DNA of 64,000 nt. Source: Candidatus Woesearchaeota archaeon (GTDB taxonomy: Archaea; Nanobdellota; Nanobdellia; Woesearchaeales; GW2011-AR4). Where the stretch lies: positions 21,058 through 85,057 of the forward strand of contig JACPIE010000013.1 in NCBI GenBank assembly GCA_016188245.1. Reading direction: 5' to 3'. Made by a program: the position numbers and the translations under genes. This document shows positions 1 to 8,959 of the stretch, piece after piece. How positions within the stretch are numbered: position 1 is the first letter of the stretch; each line of letters opens with the position of its first letter. The notes under the pieces are model-generated. The model had not been told where the DNA came from. It was given only the letters and a program-made list of their open reading frames with translations, and did no database searches.

Positions 1-347
1 GCAACCATCTGCCCAGGCCCGACTTCGGCATTGACTTCCCCAACAACTCCTTTAGCCCTGCCCTTGTAGATATAAACAAAATGGTTTTCTTTTGGATGCA
101 TATGCATCGGTATCTTATCGTCAATTCTTAGCAGTTCAACGCTTCCGGTTTCAGCCTCTGCAAGAACGGAATATTTGAAATAATCAGTTTCAATATCCAG
201 CTGCCCGAGCTTTTTCGGAACGTCAAAAACATTGGACTGCAATGGAACTTTGGTAAGAGACCTTAAATCGCCCGGAAGAATATAGCCGACAACAATCCCG
301 GCAATAAAGAGAAGCCCAAAAATGAGCTGCATTGTCTTTTTTTTCAT
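1..347 (-). CDS. cupin-domain protein with N-terminal membrane anchor (partial, runs off window edge)
   Basis: ATG at 345-347 on the minus strand. Translation starts MKKKTMQLIFGLLFIAGIVVGY and contains IPMHMHPKENHFVYIYKG, an HxHx3E cupin motif. The frame stays open to position 1. Not in the ORF track because it is truncated. Confidence 0.55.
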   Translation of the reverse strand, partial: MKKKTMQLIFGLLFIAGIVVGYILPGDLRSLTKVPLQSNVFDVPKKLGQLDIETDYFKYSVLAEAETGSVELLRIDDKIPMHMHPKENHFVYIYKGRAKGVVGEVNAEVGPGQMV

Positions 348-482
348 ATTGCATGTTTCCTTCGGCACAGTTATATAAATACTTTTTGGTAGTGATTAAG
401 AAATTTTACTACTGGAGAAAACAACAAGTATCATGCCGAAAACCATAACTTTTTAAAAATTAGAGAAATTTCCATAACTGAG

Positions 483-1328
483 ATGCAGCAATACCTTGAT
501 GCTTTAAAGCATGTGCTGGATAATGGAACTGACAGACAGAGCAGGACAGGCATATCGACAAGAGCGGTTTTTGGCATGCAGATGAGATTTAATACGGAAA
601 ATGGCTTTCCGGCCATGACTACAAAAAAACTGCCCTGGAAAAGCGTTGCAAGCGAGCTTTTGTGGTTCATAGAGGGCTCAGATGACGAGAGAAGACTGGC
701 TGAAATTCTTTATGGCACAAGGGATTCTGGCAAGGCAACAATATGGGCTGCAAATGCCAAAGCCGATTATTGGAAGCCAAAGGCGAAATTTGAAGGCGAC
801 CTGGGAAGGATTTATGGGGTGCAGTGGCGAAAATGGAAGTCTCCTGAAGGAAAAGAGATTGACCAGCTTGCAAGCGCCATAAAGCTGATCAAGGAAGACC
901 CGGCAAGCAGGAGGATCATTGTCAATGCATGGAATCCAGGCGAGATTGAGCAGATGGCATTGCCGCCATGCCATACTTTTTTTCAATTTTTCGTTGCAGA
1001 TGAAAAATTGTCATTGCAGATGTACCAAAGAAGCTGCGACATGTTCCTTGGAGTGCCTTTCAACATTGCATCTTACTCTTTATTGCTGCATATTGTGGCT
1101 CAGGTTACGGGCTTAAAGCCGGGAGAATTTGTGCATACTTTAGGGGATGCGCATATCTATCATAACCATTTTGGGCAGGTCAAGGAGCAATTGTCAAGGA
1201 AGCCATTTCCGCTGCCAAGCTTATGGCTGAACCCAGACATCAGGAATATTGATGATTTCAAGATGGAAGACATTAAGCTGGAAAATTACCAGTTCCATCC
1301 TGCGATAAAGGCAGAGATGGCTGTTTGA
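483..1328 (+). CDS. thyA: thymidylate synthase ThyA
   Basis: 281 aa. Has RTGISTRAVFG and the catalytic ALPPCHTFFQF motif. Typical ThyA over its full length. Confidence 0.95.
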   Translation: MQQYLDALKHVLDNGTDRQSRTGISTRAVFGMQMRFNTENGFPAMTTKKLPWKSVASELLWFIEGSDDERRLAEILYGTRDSGKATIWAANAKADYWKPKAKFEGDLGRIYGVQWRKWKSPEGKEIDQLASAIKLIKEDPASRRIIVNAWNPGEIEQMALPPCHTFFQFFVADEKLSLQMYQRSCDMFLGVPFNIASYSLLLHIVAQVTGLKPGEFVHTLGDAHIYHNHFGQVKEQLSRKPFPLPSLWLNPDIRNIDDFKMEDIKLENYQFHPAIKAEMAV

Positions 1329-1364
1329 AGATAAGTTTTTTAATGTTCAGTATTGGTTGTGATA

Positions 1365-1976
1365 ATGCCAAATAAAAATTCTGAGCTTGTGAGGGAAGGG
1401 TACAACAAAATAGCGGAAAAATACAACAAGCAAAGAAAAATCTACCAAAGCAAGCCTTTATTATTGAAGTTTCTGAAATACATTCCTAAAAATGCCAAAG
1501 TGCTGGATTTAGGGTGCGGAACGGGAATTTCTGTTGCAAAGTTTCTTCGTAAAAAAAGCTGCAAAATCACTGGAATTGATTTTTCTGAAGGAATGCTGAA
1601 ATTGGCGAGAAAAAATGTTCCGAAAGCAAAATTCATTAAAATGGATATAACAAAAATGAGATTCACGGAAAATTCATTTGGCGCAGCTGTTTCCTTTTAT
1701 GCAATAATCCACATACCGAGAAAGTTTCATAAAAATATTTACAAAAATCTCCATAGAATACTGAAGAAAGATGGAATACTTCTTGCAAATGCAAGCGGCA
1801 CATGCACCTGGGAAGAAACTGCAAAAGATTATCTTGGCGCTCCAATGTTTTGGAGTTTTTTCAGCCCTGAAAAAACCTTAAAAATCATTAAGGATGCCTG
1901 CTTTGTTATTTTATGGAGCAAAGTATTAAAAATCGGCAATGAAAAACAGTTCTGGGTTTTGGCAAAAAACAAATAA
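1365..1976 (+). CDS. class I SAM-dependent methyltransferase
   Basis: Motif I VLDLGCGTGIS. The ATG at 1365 is preferred over the TTG at 1353 used by the ORF track. Confidence 0.8.
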   Translation: MPNKNSELVREGYNKIAEKYNKQRKIYQSKPLLLKFLKYIPKNAKVLDLGCGTGISVAKFLRKKSCKITGIDFSEGMLKLARKNVPKAKFIKMDITKMRFTENSFGAAVSFYAIIHIPRKFHKNIYKNLHRILKKDGILLANASGTCTWEETAKDYLGAPMFWSFFSPEKTLKIIKDACFVILWSKVLKIGNEKQFWVLAKNK

Positions 1977-1978
1977 AA

Positions 1979-2458
1979 ATGAAAATATCCCTAATAGCTG
2001 CAATGGGCAGAAATCGCGTCATTGGAAAAGACAGCTCGCTGCCATGGAAGCTGCCGGAAGACATGAAAAGGTTCAAGGAGCTTACTTTAAACAAGCCTGT
2101 CGTGATGGGCAGGAAAACATTTGAATCAATAGGGAAGCCTTTGCCGAACAGGAAAAACATAATTTTGACAAAGGATAAAAATTACAAAAAAGAGGGATGC
2201 ATTGTCGTGCATTCGGCTGAAGAAGCATTAAACGCAGCCAAAGAAAACGAAGAAATAATGGTTATCGGCGGCGGGCAGGTTTTCAAAGAATTTCTTCCGA
2301 TGGCAGACAGGATGTACCTTACATTCATAGACGAAGATTTTGAAGGCGATTCTTATTTTCCGGAATACGATAAAGAAGAGTGGAAAGAAGCAAAAGGGGA
2401 AGAGCATCAAAATGAAAAATATAAATTTGCTTTTGTTGATTTGGAGAGAATTCAATAA
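1979..2458 (+). CDS. folA: dihydrofolate reductase
   Basis: 159 aa. ISLIAAMGRNRVIGKDSSLPWKLPEDMKRFKELT and VMGRKTFESIG are classic FolA motifs. Starts 2 nt after the upstream stop. Confidence 0.9.
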   Translation: MKISLIAAMGRNRVIGKDSSLPWKLPEDMKRFKELTLNKPVVMGRKTFESIGKPLPNRKNIILTKDKNYKKEGCIVVHSAEEALNAAKENEEIMVIGGGQVFKEFLPMADRMYLTFIDEDFEGDSYFPEYDKEEWKEAKGEEHQNEKYKFAFVDLERIQ

Positions 2459-3333
2459 TCTGTTCTTTTTATTGATTCGGAAAGGGGCATTTTTTCAGCG
2501 CCGCCTTTTTTCTTAAACTCAACATTCATCTTGCTCAGCAAAGGCACTGCCATATTCCCGATTGCAAGCGCAAGCAATAAGCCTTGCGTTGTTGCCCTTA
2601 GCAGTATTGTCAAGGCTATTGCCACAGCAACTCCATAAACGACCCTGTTTTTGCCCGGGTTGGTTTTCGGCTCAATTAGCATGAACATTGCAAAAAAGTA
2701 CAGGATTCCGCCGTTTGCAACAGAATAGAATGCCTCTGCCAATGGCGACGGGTGCATTGGGCATTCCATGCGCATCATGCCGCATCTTGCCGGCTGGGAA
2801 ACATCAAGAAGAAGGCTTATCGCAAAATATGCCAGCAAAAAGCTGAGCACCAAGTCAAATCTTTTTAATTTCCATGCTATGAATGCGCCAAAAACCAAAA
2901 CTAAAATTAGGGGGGAAGCAATCCACCAAGATTCAAAAGCAGTGATTCCAAACAACGGCAATGCAGTTATCGAGATCAGCACTCCGAAATTTGCAGGGTT
3001 GAATATGTGCTTTTGCTGAAACTTGATTAAATGCTTTGACAGTATTGCGATTGCCCCTGCAATAGCATAAACATGCCATTGAAGATTCTGGGTCAATAAT
3101 CCTCCGATGAACAATCCGGAGATTAAGGCACTCTGCGGAAACTCAAATGCTTTGAATTTAAAATAAGTTATAGCAAAATCCAGCGTTGTTGTTGTGGCTA
3201 CTGCAATCAAAACAGGCAGCAAAGCCCTAATGCCAAAGCCATAGAAAAATGCGCTGACAAGATGCAAAACAACCAAAAAAACAGTCATATACTGGTAGAC
3301 TGTGAACCGGTTAAGAATTGGCTTTATATCCAT
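2452..3333 (-). CDS. polytopic membrane protein (possibly NqrB/RnfD-like)
   Basis: 293 aa with about 8 hydrophobic helices. The HIFNPANFGVL motif is reminiscent of the RnfD/NqrB family. The family call is by eye only. Confidence 0.5.
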   Translation of the reverse strand: MDIKPILNRFTVYQYMTVFLVVLHLVSAFFYGFGIRALLPVLIAVATTTTLDFAITYFKFKAFEFPQSALISGLFIGGLLTQNLQWHVYAIAGAIAILSKHLIKFQQKHIFNPANFGVLISITALPLFGITAFESWWIASPLILVLVFGAFIAWKLKRFDLVLSFLLAYFAISLLLDVSQPARCGMMRMECPMHPSPLAEAFYSVANGGILYFFAMFMLIEPKTNPGKNRVVYGVAVAIALTILLRATTQGLLLALAIGNMAVPLLSKMNVEFKKKGGAEKMPLSESIKRTDY

Positions 3334-3539
3334 TATCCCCGCCTTTTTGCTGTTCTTCTGCTGCCGCCTGTTTTGTATTTTGAATAATTTCCCTTTGCCT
3401 TCTGGCTTGCTTTCTGCTCCGGAAAGACTTCATAAACTGCGCTTTCGTCAAAGCCGCAGCTGCTGCATTTAACAACCTTTATACCAAGATATCTTATTAG
3501 TTTAGCATTATCAGAACCGCACTTCGGGCATTTTGGCAT
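3333..3539 (-). CDS. small zinc-ribbon protein with basic tail
   Basis: 68 aa. CPKCGS...CSSCGF forms a CxxC-x17-CxxC zinc ribbon, with a lysine/arginine-rich C-terminus. Confidence 0.6.
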   Translation of the reverse strand: MPKCPKCGSDNAKLIRYLGIKVVKCSSCGFDESAVYEVFPEQKASQKAKGNYSKYKTGGSRRTAKRRG

Positions 3540-3562
3540 TTAGAATTAAAGGAATACAAAGT

Positions 3563-3850
3563 TTAAATTATTTTCTCTCCGGTTTCCTTGTTTGTGATGT
3601 GAATGACATTGACAGGGCAGGAATCAGCAGCTTCCTTGTTTTCCTTGAAATTCTTTTCCTCGATGTCAAGCTCCTCCCATTCATCGTCTCTTTTTTTGCA
3701 CCCAACAATGTCGGATTTGCCGTCTTCGTGCATTGTCCAGAAATCAGGGGCGACAGCAGCGCATGCAGCACATCCTATGCAGTTCGGCCTATCGTGCTCT
3801 ACCTTGAATTTTTTTGCGCTTTCCTGCATAGTTTGCATTTCTTCAGTCAT
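3563..3850 (-). CDS. ferredoxin (4Fe-4S type)
   Basis: 95 aa. Has CIGCAACAAVAP plus a distal DSCPVNVI cysteine motif. Confidence 0.8.
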   Translation of the reverse strand: MTEEMQTMQESAKKFKVEHDRPNCIGCAACAAVAPDFWTMHEDGKSDIVGCKKRDDEWEELDIEEKNFKENKEAADSCPVNVIHITNKETGEKII

Positions 3851-3859
3851 TTTTTAAAG

Positions 3860-3873
3860 TTAACAATTGTTAA
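3860..3873. promoter_or_regulatory. 14-bp perfect palindrome TTAACAATTGTTAA (candidate operator), copy 1
   Basis: Lies between the TATA-like gtatataaaa (3874-3883) and the ferredoxin ATG at 3850. An identical copy is at 12808-12821. Confidence 0.55.
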
Positions 3874-3933
3874 GTATATAAAAGTTTTGGTATGGCATAG
3901 TTTAATACGGGTTATATTTAAGCTTTTTTGCAT

Positions 3934-4833
3934 TTATAAGTTTACAAGATACACTCCGATTAAGATTAAAATTACAGCGGCAGATTTAGCAAAAAGCGAT
4001 TTTTTGCTTATATCTTCCTTTATTATGCCCGGCAGGAAAATTGAAAAGCCCAAGGCAATGATGAAAACAAACACCGGCCACACTGCATTGCTCAACGCTG
4101 TAACCAATGATATGGGGCCTTTTGTTATGGCATAGCCAAGCAGTATGAATGCCGAGAAATCAATGGCCATCTTGAACAAAAGCAGCTTTTTTGCATTATT
4201 CCCTGCAGATTTGAATGTTTTAACAAAATCATTCCTGACAGAAGGGAGCAGCAGGACAAAAACTGCGCTGAAGCTTGCCAGCCTGAGCCACAGGAATGCG
4301 CTCCAAAAGCTTGTTACGCTGAATACGTGCTTTGAAGCTACAAGCGCAACAGCGATCAAAAATGTCGAAATTATCATCAATGAAACTGCCCTGCTTAGCC
4401 TGAAAGCTTTTCCTGACGGCTTGTAGGAAACAATTAAGCCGGCCATAATCCACATAAGAAAGCCTGCCAAATGGCTTCTTGTCAAAGATTCTCCCAAAAA
4501 TAAAAATGAGATTCCCAAAGTGAATATTGGAGTAAGCTGGTTAAGCACTATGATTTTTGAGATTTCCTCATATTCCACAGCCTTGTAATAAAAGGCGATT
4601 CCTGCGCTGAAGAATATGCCGTAAGCCATCACAATCAGGAAATCGGCTGGTCTTAGCGCTTCAAGGCCGGCAAAAGGCAATAAGAACAGCATAAATACAT
4701 TCATGAACCCGTTCAGGACAATGTAGACAAGGGGGTTTTGTATGTAGCCTTTTGAAATCACAATCTTGTCTATGATGGAAGTTGCAGACCAAACGGCGTA
4801 AGCCATCAGCACAAAATAAATCCAGCCTTCCAT
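3934..4833 (-). CDS. EamA/DMT-family transporter
   Basis: 299 aa. About ten TM helices arranged as two similar halves. Confidence 0.7.
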   Translation of the reverse strand: MEGWIYFVLMAYAVWSATSIIDKIVISKGYIQNPLVYIVLNGFMNVFMLFLLPFAGLEALRPADFLIVMAYGIFFSAGIAFYYKAVEYEEISKIIVLNQLTPIFTLGISFLFLGESLTRSHLAGFLMWIMAGLIVSYKPSGKAFRLSRAVSLMIISTFLIAVALVASKHVFSVTSFWSAFLWLRLASFSAVFVLLLPSVRNDFVKTFKSAGNNAKKLLLFKMAIDFSAFILLGYAITKGPISLVTALSNAVWPVFVFIIALGFSIFLPGIIKEDISKKSLFAKSAAVILILIGVYLVNL

Positions 4834-4834
4834 C

Positions 4835-5785
4835 TTAAAACACCAGGTTAATCATCCATGCAAACAAAACTGCAATTGGAGTTGCAGTCGCCAGATAAGC
4901 CAATGCGCACCTCTTTCCGAATTTGCCGTAAATCATCGAAATCTCTGTTATGTCTGTTGTCACCCCCACCATAAGTATGACAAAAACCACTCCAAGCGAA
5001 GCTCCAAGCAAATAAAGCTGGCCTCCCACGACAGCAAGCCCTTCTGAAGCCAATTCCAGTACTGCTGCGGCTGGAACTGCCGTAATGACCGGCAGGAATT
5101 TGCCTCCGTTGCCCAAGTATTTGATTACAAAATCAGATGGCAAAAATGCCTTCAGGGCAGCTGCAATCAGCAGCCCGATGAGTATATATCTTCCAATTTC
5201 CCTGAAAATCTGCCATGCATTTTTTGGAGTGCAATAAACTATCCTTCTGCTTAACTTCTCATTGTCATGGGCCATTCTCATCTTTTCGGCATCTACACAT
5301 TCAACGCACAAATTTTCCTCTATTTTTTTATGCCTTTTTGGGATTCCGGTTTCTATCAATCCCTTATTCTCAAGCTTTGACAGCATTAATCCTGAAATGA
5401 ATGCAGCGAGCAGAGAAAAAATAAGCAGGATTATTGTGTTTTTCATTCCTATAAATCCTGAGATAAGGAAAACATGCAGAAGGCCTCCCCACGGGGCAGC
5501 CAATAAAAATGTCAGGGCAGATGCTGTTGAAGCCCCCCTTTCCCTTAATGTTGAAGCTATCGGAATTGCGCCGCAGGAGCATACAGATATGAAAAGCCCG
5601 GAAATTGTAGCCCTTAGCAATGACTTCCAGTCGTTGCCGCCAAAGTACTTAAGCAGTTTTTTGGTTGAGACAAATTCCTGTATTAAAGCTGAAATAACCA
5701 AGCCGAGCAAGAAAAATGGGAGCAGGGTGATGGATAATCCGTATAATGAGCTGAAATAAGCTGTCAATAAGTTCTCCAATGGCAT
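4835..5785 (-). CDS. permease family membrane protein (YraQ/ArsP-like)
   Basis: 316 aa. Has the SVCSCGAIPIAS motif and a central cytoplasmic loop containing LCVECV. Confidence 0.65.
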   Translation of the reverse strand: MPLENLLTAYFSSLYGLSITLLPFFLLGLVISALIQEFVSTKKLLKYFGGNDWKSLLRATISGLFISVCSCGAIPIASTLRERGASTASALTFLLAAPWGGLLHVFLISGFIGMKNTIILLIFSLLAAFISGLMLSKLENKGLIETGIPKRHKKIEENLCVECVDAEKMRMAHDNEKLSRRIVYCTPKNAWQIFREIGRYILIGLLIAAALKAFLPSDFVIKYLGNGGKFLPVITAVPAAAVLELASEGLAVVGGQLYLLGASLGVVFVILMVGVTTDITEISMIYGKFGKRCALAYLATATPIAVLFAWMINLVF

Positions 5786-5824
5786 TCAGGCAAAAGAATT
5801 AATGGTGTTTTTAAAGATTTGTTT

Positions 5825-6241
5825 TTACGCCCACACAGCCAAAATGCCGCCCATCAATACCAATGCAGCCAAGTAATGCAGCGTGTTTATCACATATAAT
5901 TTTACAGGCTTTCCTTCCCACAGCACAGTGCCGAACTGCACTGTTGCTACGAACCCGAGCCACAGCCAGGTGCCTGCAATCGCCCCGTCAACAAAAGTTG
6001 CTGCCCGAGTATAATCAACAAAATGCGCTAAAACATAAGACATGATTAATGTTGAGGCAAAGCCGCCAACCATGGACTGGACAGGAGTCATCTTCATCTC
6101 CTTCATGCTCTTGTCGGTAATGCCCATCAGCTTTTTCCACTGGCTGCCAAACAGCGGGCCGTACCATAAGAATCCAAGAGCCATAGATGCAGCTGCAGCA
6201 GCCAAAACTGCAAGATAATTCACATTGACAACAGGTGCCAT
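5825..6241 (-). CDS. DUF1761-like small membrane protein
   Basis: 138 aa. The N-terminus NYLAVLAAAAASMALGFLWYGPLFG resembles that family. Confidence 0.6.
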   Translation of the reverse strand: MAPVVNVNYLAVLAAAAASMALGFLWYGPLFGSQWKKLMGITDKSMKEMKMTPVQSMVGGFASTLIMSYVLAHFVDYTRAATFVDGAIAGTWLWLGFVATVQFGTVLWEGKPVKLYVINTLHYLAALVLMGGILAVWA

Positions 6242-6309
6242 ATAATTGATTTGGAATTTGATTTATTTAAATATTGCGGTTTGCGGCAAAGCCCTGTGTT
6301 TAAATTTTT

Positions 6310-7842
6310 TCAATGCTTAAACAACCTTATTCCAGTAACAACCATTGCAATATTATTTTCGTCTGCAGCCTGGATTACTTCATTGTCTCTTATCGAGCCG
6401 CCAGGGTGTATTATCGCCGCCACTCCGCCTTTTGCAGCCTCGTCAACTCCGTCCCTGAATGGAAAGAAAGCATCGGAGCTCATAACCGAGCCTTGGCTTT
6501 TTCCTTCCGATTTCATTACAGCAAGCTTGACGGCATCCACCCTTGACATCTGGCCTGCTCCGATACCGACTGTCACATTGCCTTTTGCCAAAACAATTGA
6601 ATTTGACTTGACATGCTTGTTTACCTTCCATGCAAATACCATCGCATTAGTCTCCTCTTTTGTCGGCTTTCTTTTTGATACGACCTTCAGGCTTTTTCTG
6701 CTTATGCCGTGCTGCTGCCTTGTCTGCATTAGCATACCGCCTGCAACTCTTCTCATGTCAAAGCTTTTGTAATCTCGTATTATGCGGCCAGTTTCCATCA
6801 GCCTGAGGTTTTTCTTTTCCTTCAAAATTCCAAGCGCTTCTTTGTCAAATTTGGGGCAGATGATAAGCTCGACAAATAATGCCTTCATCATTTTTGCAAT
6901 TTCCGCATTGCAGTTCCTGTTAAGCGCAACAACTCCGCCAAATGCCGATTTTGAGTCTGTTTCATAGGCTTTCTTGTAGGCATCCTCTATTTTTGGTGCC
7001 GATGCGACACCGCTTGGGTTGGTGTGCTTGATGACTGCAGATGTAGGCTCGTCAAATTCCTTGACAAGCTCGAATGCGTCGTTCGCATCAAGGATGTTGT
7101 TGTAAGACAGTTCTTTTCCCTGAAGCTGTGCCGCATTGCTCACGCAGGTTTCCGGCACTAAAAAAGATTTGTAAAAGGCTGCTTTCTGGTCCGGATTCTC
7201 CCCATATCGCAAGTCCTGTATTTTCTTGAAAGTAAAATTGTATATGCCGGGAAAATTCTGCCCCTGAAATTCATTTGAAAAATACCTGCCTATAATCACG
7301 TCATATCTTGCAACTTCCAAAAATGCCTTTGCAGCCAATTCTTTTCTGAATTTTTCATCAATTTTTCTGCCTTTGATTTTTTCAATTACGTTTCCATAGT
7401 CATTGGGGTCTGTCACAATCAAGACATTCCTGAAATTTTTTGCTGCAGCCCTCACCAGGGAGGGGCCGCCTATGTCTATTTTTTCAATGATTTCCTTAAG
7501 CTTTGCGCCTTTCATGTAGGCTTCTTCGAAAGGGTAAAAGTTCACAACAACCATGTCAATTGGCTCAATTCCTGATTGTTTAAGCTCTTTAATGTGTTTG
7601 CCGTTTTTTCTATCGGCGAGAATTCCTGCAAAAATGTTCGGGTGCAATGACTTGACCCTGCCGTCAAGCATTTCTGGAAATTTGGTTATTTCTGAAACCA
7701 GCGCGGCCTTGATTTTGCCATGCTGCAATAATTTTGCTGTTTTGCCTGTCGAGATTATTTTGATTCCCAGTCTTGACAATTCTCTTGCAAAGCTTTCAAT
7801 TCCCCCCTTGTCAGAAACCGATATAATTGCTGTTTTAATCAT
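6310..7842 (-). CDS. purH: bifunctional AICAR transformylase / IMP cyclohydrolase
   Basis: MIKTAIISVSDKGG (MGS domain), GGPSLVRAAAKN and a C-terminal GGSIRD...TGIRLFKH. The ATG at 7842 is preferred. The 47-aa N-terminal extension in the ORF track has no PurH counterpart and overlaps the upstream gene. Confidence 0.93.
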   Translation of the reverse strand: MIKTAIISVSDKGGIESFARELSRLGIKIISTGKTAKLLQHGKIKAALVSEITKFPEMLDGRVKSLHPNIFAGILADRKNGKHIKELKQSGIEPIDMVVVNFYPFEEAYMKGAKLKEIIEKIDIGGPSLVRAAAKNFRNVLIVTDPNDYGNVIEKIKGRKIDEKFRKELAAKAFLEVARYDVIIGRYFSNEFQGQNFPGIYNFTFKKIQDLRYGENPDQKAAFYKSFLVPETCVSNAAQLQGKELSYNNILDANDAFELVKEFDEPTSAVIKHTNPSGVASAPKIEDAYKKAYETDSKSAFGGVVALNRNCNAEIAKMMKALFVELIICPKFDKEALGILKEKKNLRLMETGRIIRDYKSFDMRRVAGGMLMQTRQQHGISRKSLKVVSKRKPTKEETNAMVFAWKVNKHVKSNSIVLAKGNVTVGIGAGQMSRVDAVKLAVMKSEGKSQGSVMSSDAFFPFRDGVDEAAKGGVAAIIHPGGSIRDNEVIQAADENNIAMVVTGIRLFKH

Positions 7843-8230
7843 TTTTAATATTTTCCGCGATTGCTTTGGATGTTTTCGCCAGCTTGTCCATGCTTTTCTT
7901 ATGCAGCTTTCTGGTGTAATGGTACCCTTTTTTAGGCAGTTTTTTTGTGTATTCATAAGTGTCTTTGGCGGTTTTTTTGACATGGTGGTGTATTCTTTGA
8001 TGCATAAGCTTCACCGTCTCCCAGCCTACCATAAAAATGCCGATAAAAAGCAGAACCCAGCTAAACGCCCAAATTGAAAGCCCGGTTATTAATCCTATCG
8101 GCTCATAAAATTTTGCAATAGATATTATCTTTCCATAAAATCCGATTATTATGCTTAACAAAACAAGTATAAACCCTGTCAAGAGCTTCCTGTCTTTCCA
8201 CAATTCCTTTGACAGTTTTGCATAAGTCAT
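7835..8230 (-). CDS. small membrane protein, unknown function
   Basis: 131 aa with two TM helices and a basic tail. Wedged between purN and purH with short overlaps at both ends. Confidence 0.5.
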   Translation of the reverse strand: MTYAKLSKELWKDRKLLTGFILVLLSIIIGFYGKIISIAKFYEPIGLITGLSIWAFSWVLLFIGIFMVGWETVKLMHQRIHHHVKKTAKDTYEYTKKLPKKGYHYTRKLHKKSMDKLAKTSKAIAENIKND

Positions 8231-8835
8231 TTTATTATCACTTTGCTGCCCTTGACTTTTATTTTTCCCTTTTCAAACAGGTTTATCGCCTTGACAATTA
8301 TGTCCTGCTCCGCTTTCTGGACTTTTGCCTTCAATGAGCCGGCAGTCTCGTTTTTTTCTATCCTGACTTCCTTTTGCAGTATTATTGGGCCTGTGTCTGC
8401 CCCTTCATCAACAAAGTGAAGCGTTGCTCCTGTTGTTTTTTCATTGTTTTTTAGCACTTCCGCATGAACATCAATGTCCATTCCGCCTGCATACTCGGGC
8501 AACAGGCTCGGATGGATGTTTATTATCCTGTTCCGGTACTTGTTTACGAACCAAGGGCTTAGGAATCTCATGTAGCCTATCAGTAATGTTAGATCAACTT
8601 TGTTTTCATCAAGAATTCCTGCAATCTCCTTGTCATATCCTTCTCTGGTTTTGCCTTTTGGCTCAAGAAAAACGGCATTTATGCCATGGTTTTTTGCCCT
8701 TTCAAGGGCATAGGCATCTTTTTTGTTGCTTATGACAACTGAAATAAAGGCATTTAGCTTTTTGGAGATTATAGCATCAATTATGGCCTGCAAATCTGTG
8801 CCTTTTGTAGATGCTAAAATTCCTAAACGAAGCAT
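8227..8835 (-). CDS. purN: phosphoribosylglycinamide formyltransferase
   Basis: 202 aa. Has LGILASTKGTDLQAIIDA and NIHPSLLP. Confidence 0.9.
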   Translation of the reverse strand: MLRLGILASTKGTDLQAIIDAIISKKLNAFISVVISNKKDAYALERAKNHGINAVFLEPKGKTREGYDKEIAGILDENKVDLTLLIGYMRFLSPWFVNKYRNRIINIHPSLLPEYAGGMDIDVHAEVLKNNEKTTGATLHFVDEGADTGPIILQKEVRIEKNETAGSLKAKVQKAEQDIIVKAINLFEKGKIKVKGSKVIIK

Positions 8836-8870
8836 TCAGTACCCCCATTAAAAAATGCAATAAATCGTTG

Positions 8871-8878
8871 TATTTAAA
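8871..8878 (-). promoter_or_regulatory. archaeal TATA box (TTTAAATA on minus strand) for the purN string
   Basis: tatttaaagc lies 36-43 nt upstream of the purN ATG. The same AAAGCTTTAAATA element recurs at 12838 and near 35563. Confidence 0.45.
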
Positions 8879-8959
8879 GCTTTAGGTTTTAAAATTAAGT
8901 TGTTTGCCATATGGAAATTAATTTGGAGCGGAGGGAATTTTATTATTCGCTGCGCCCGC

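Noticed and set aside
6310-7983. N-terminal extensions of track ORFs taken at face value: purH 557 aa, folE 216 aa, folB 131 aa, racemase 236 aa, archease 156 aa and ATPase 783 aa.
   Set aside because: The track opens ORFs at the most upstream ATG, TTG or GTG. The extensions lack homology to the families, often overlap the upstream gene, and a downstream ATG matches the family N-terminus.
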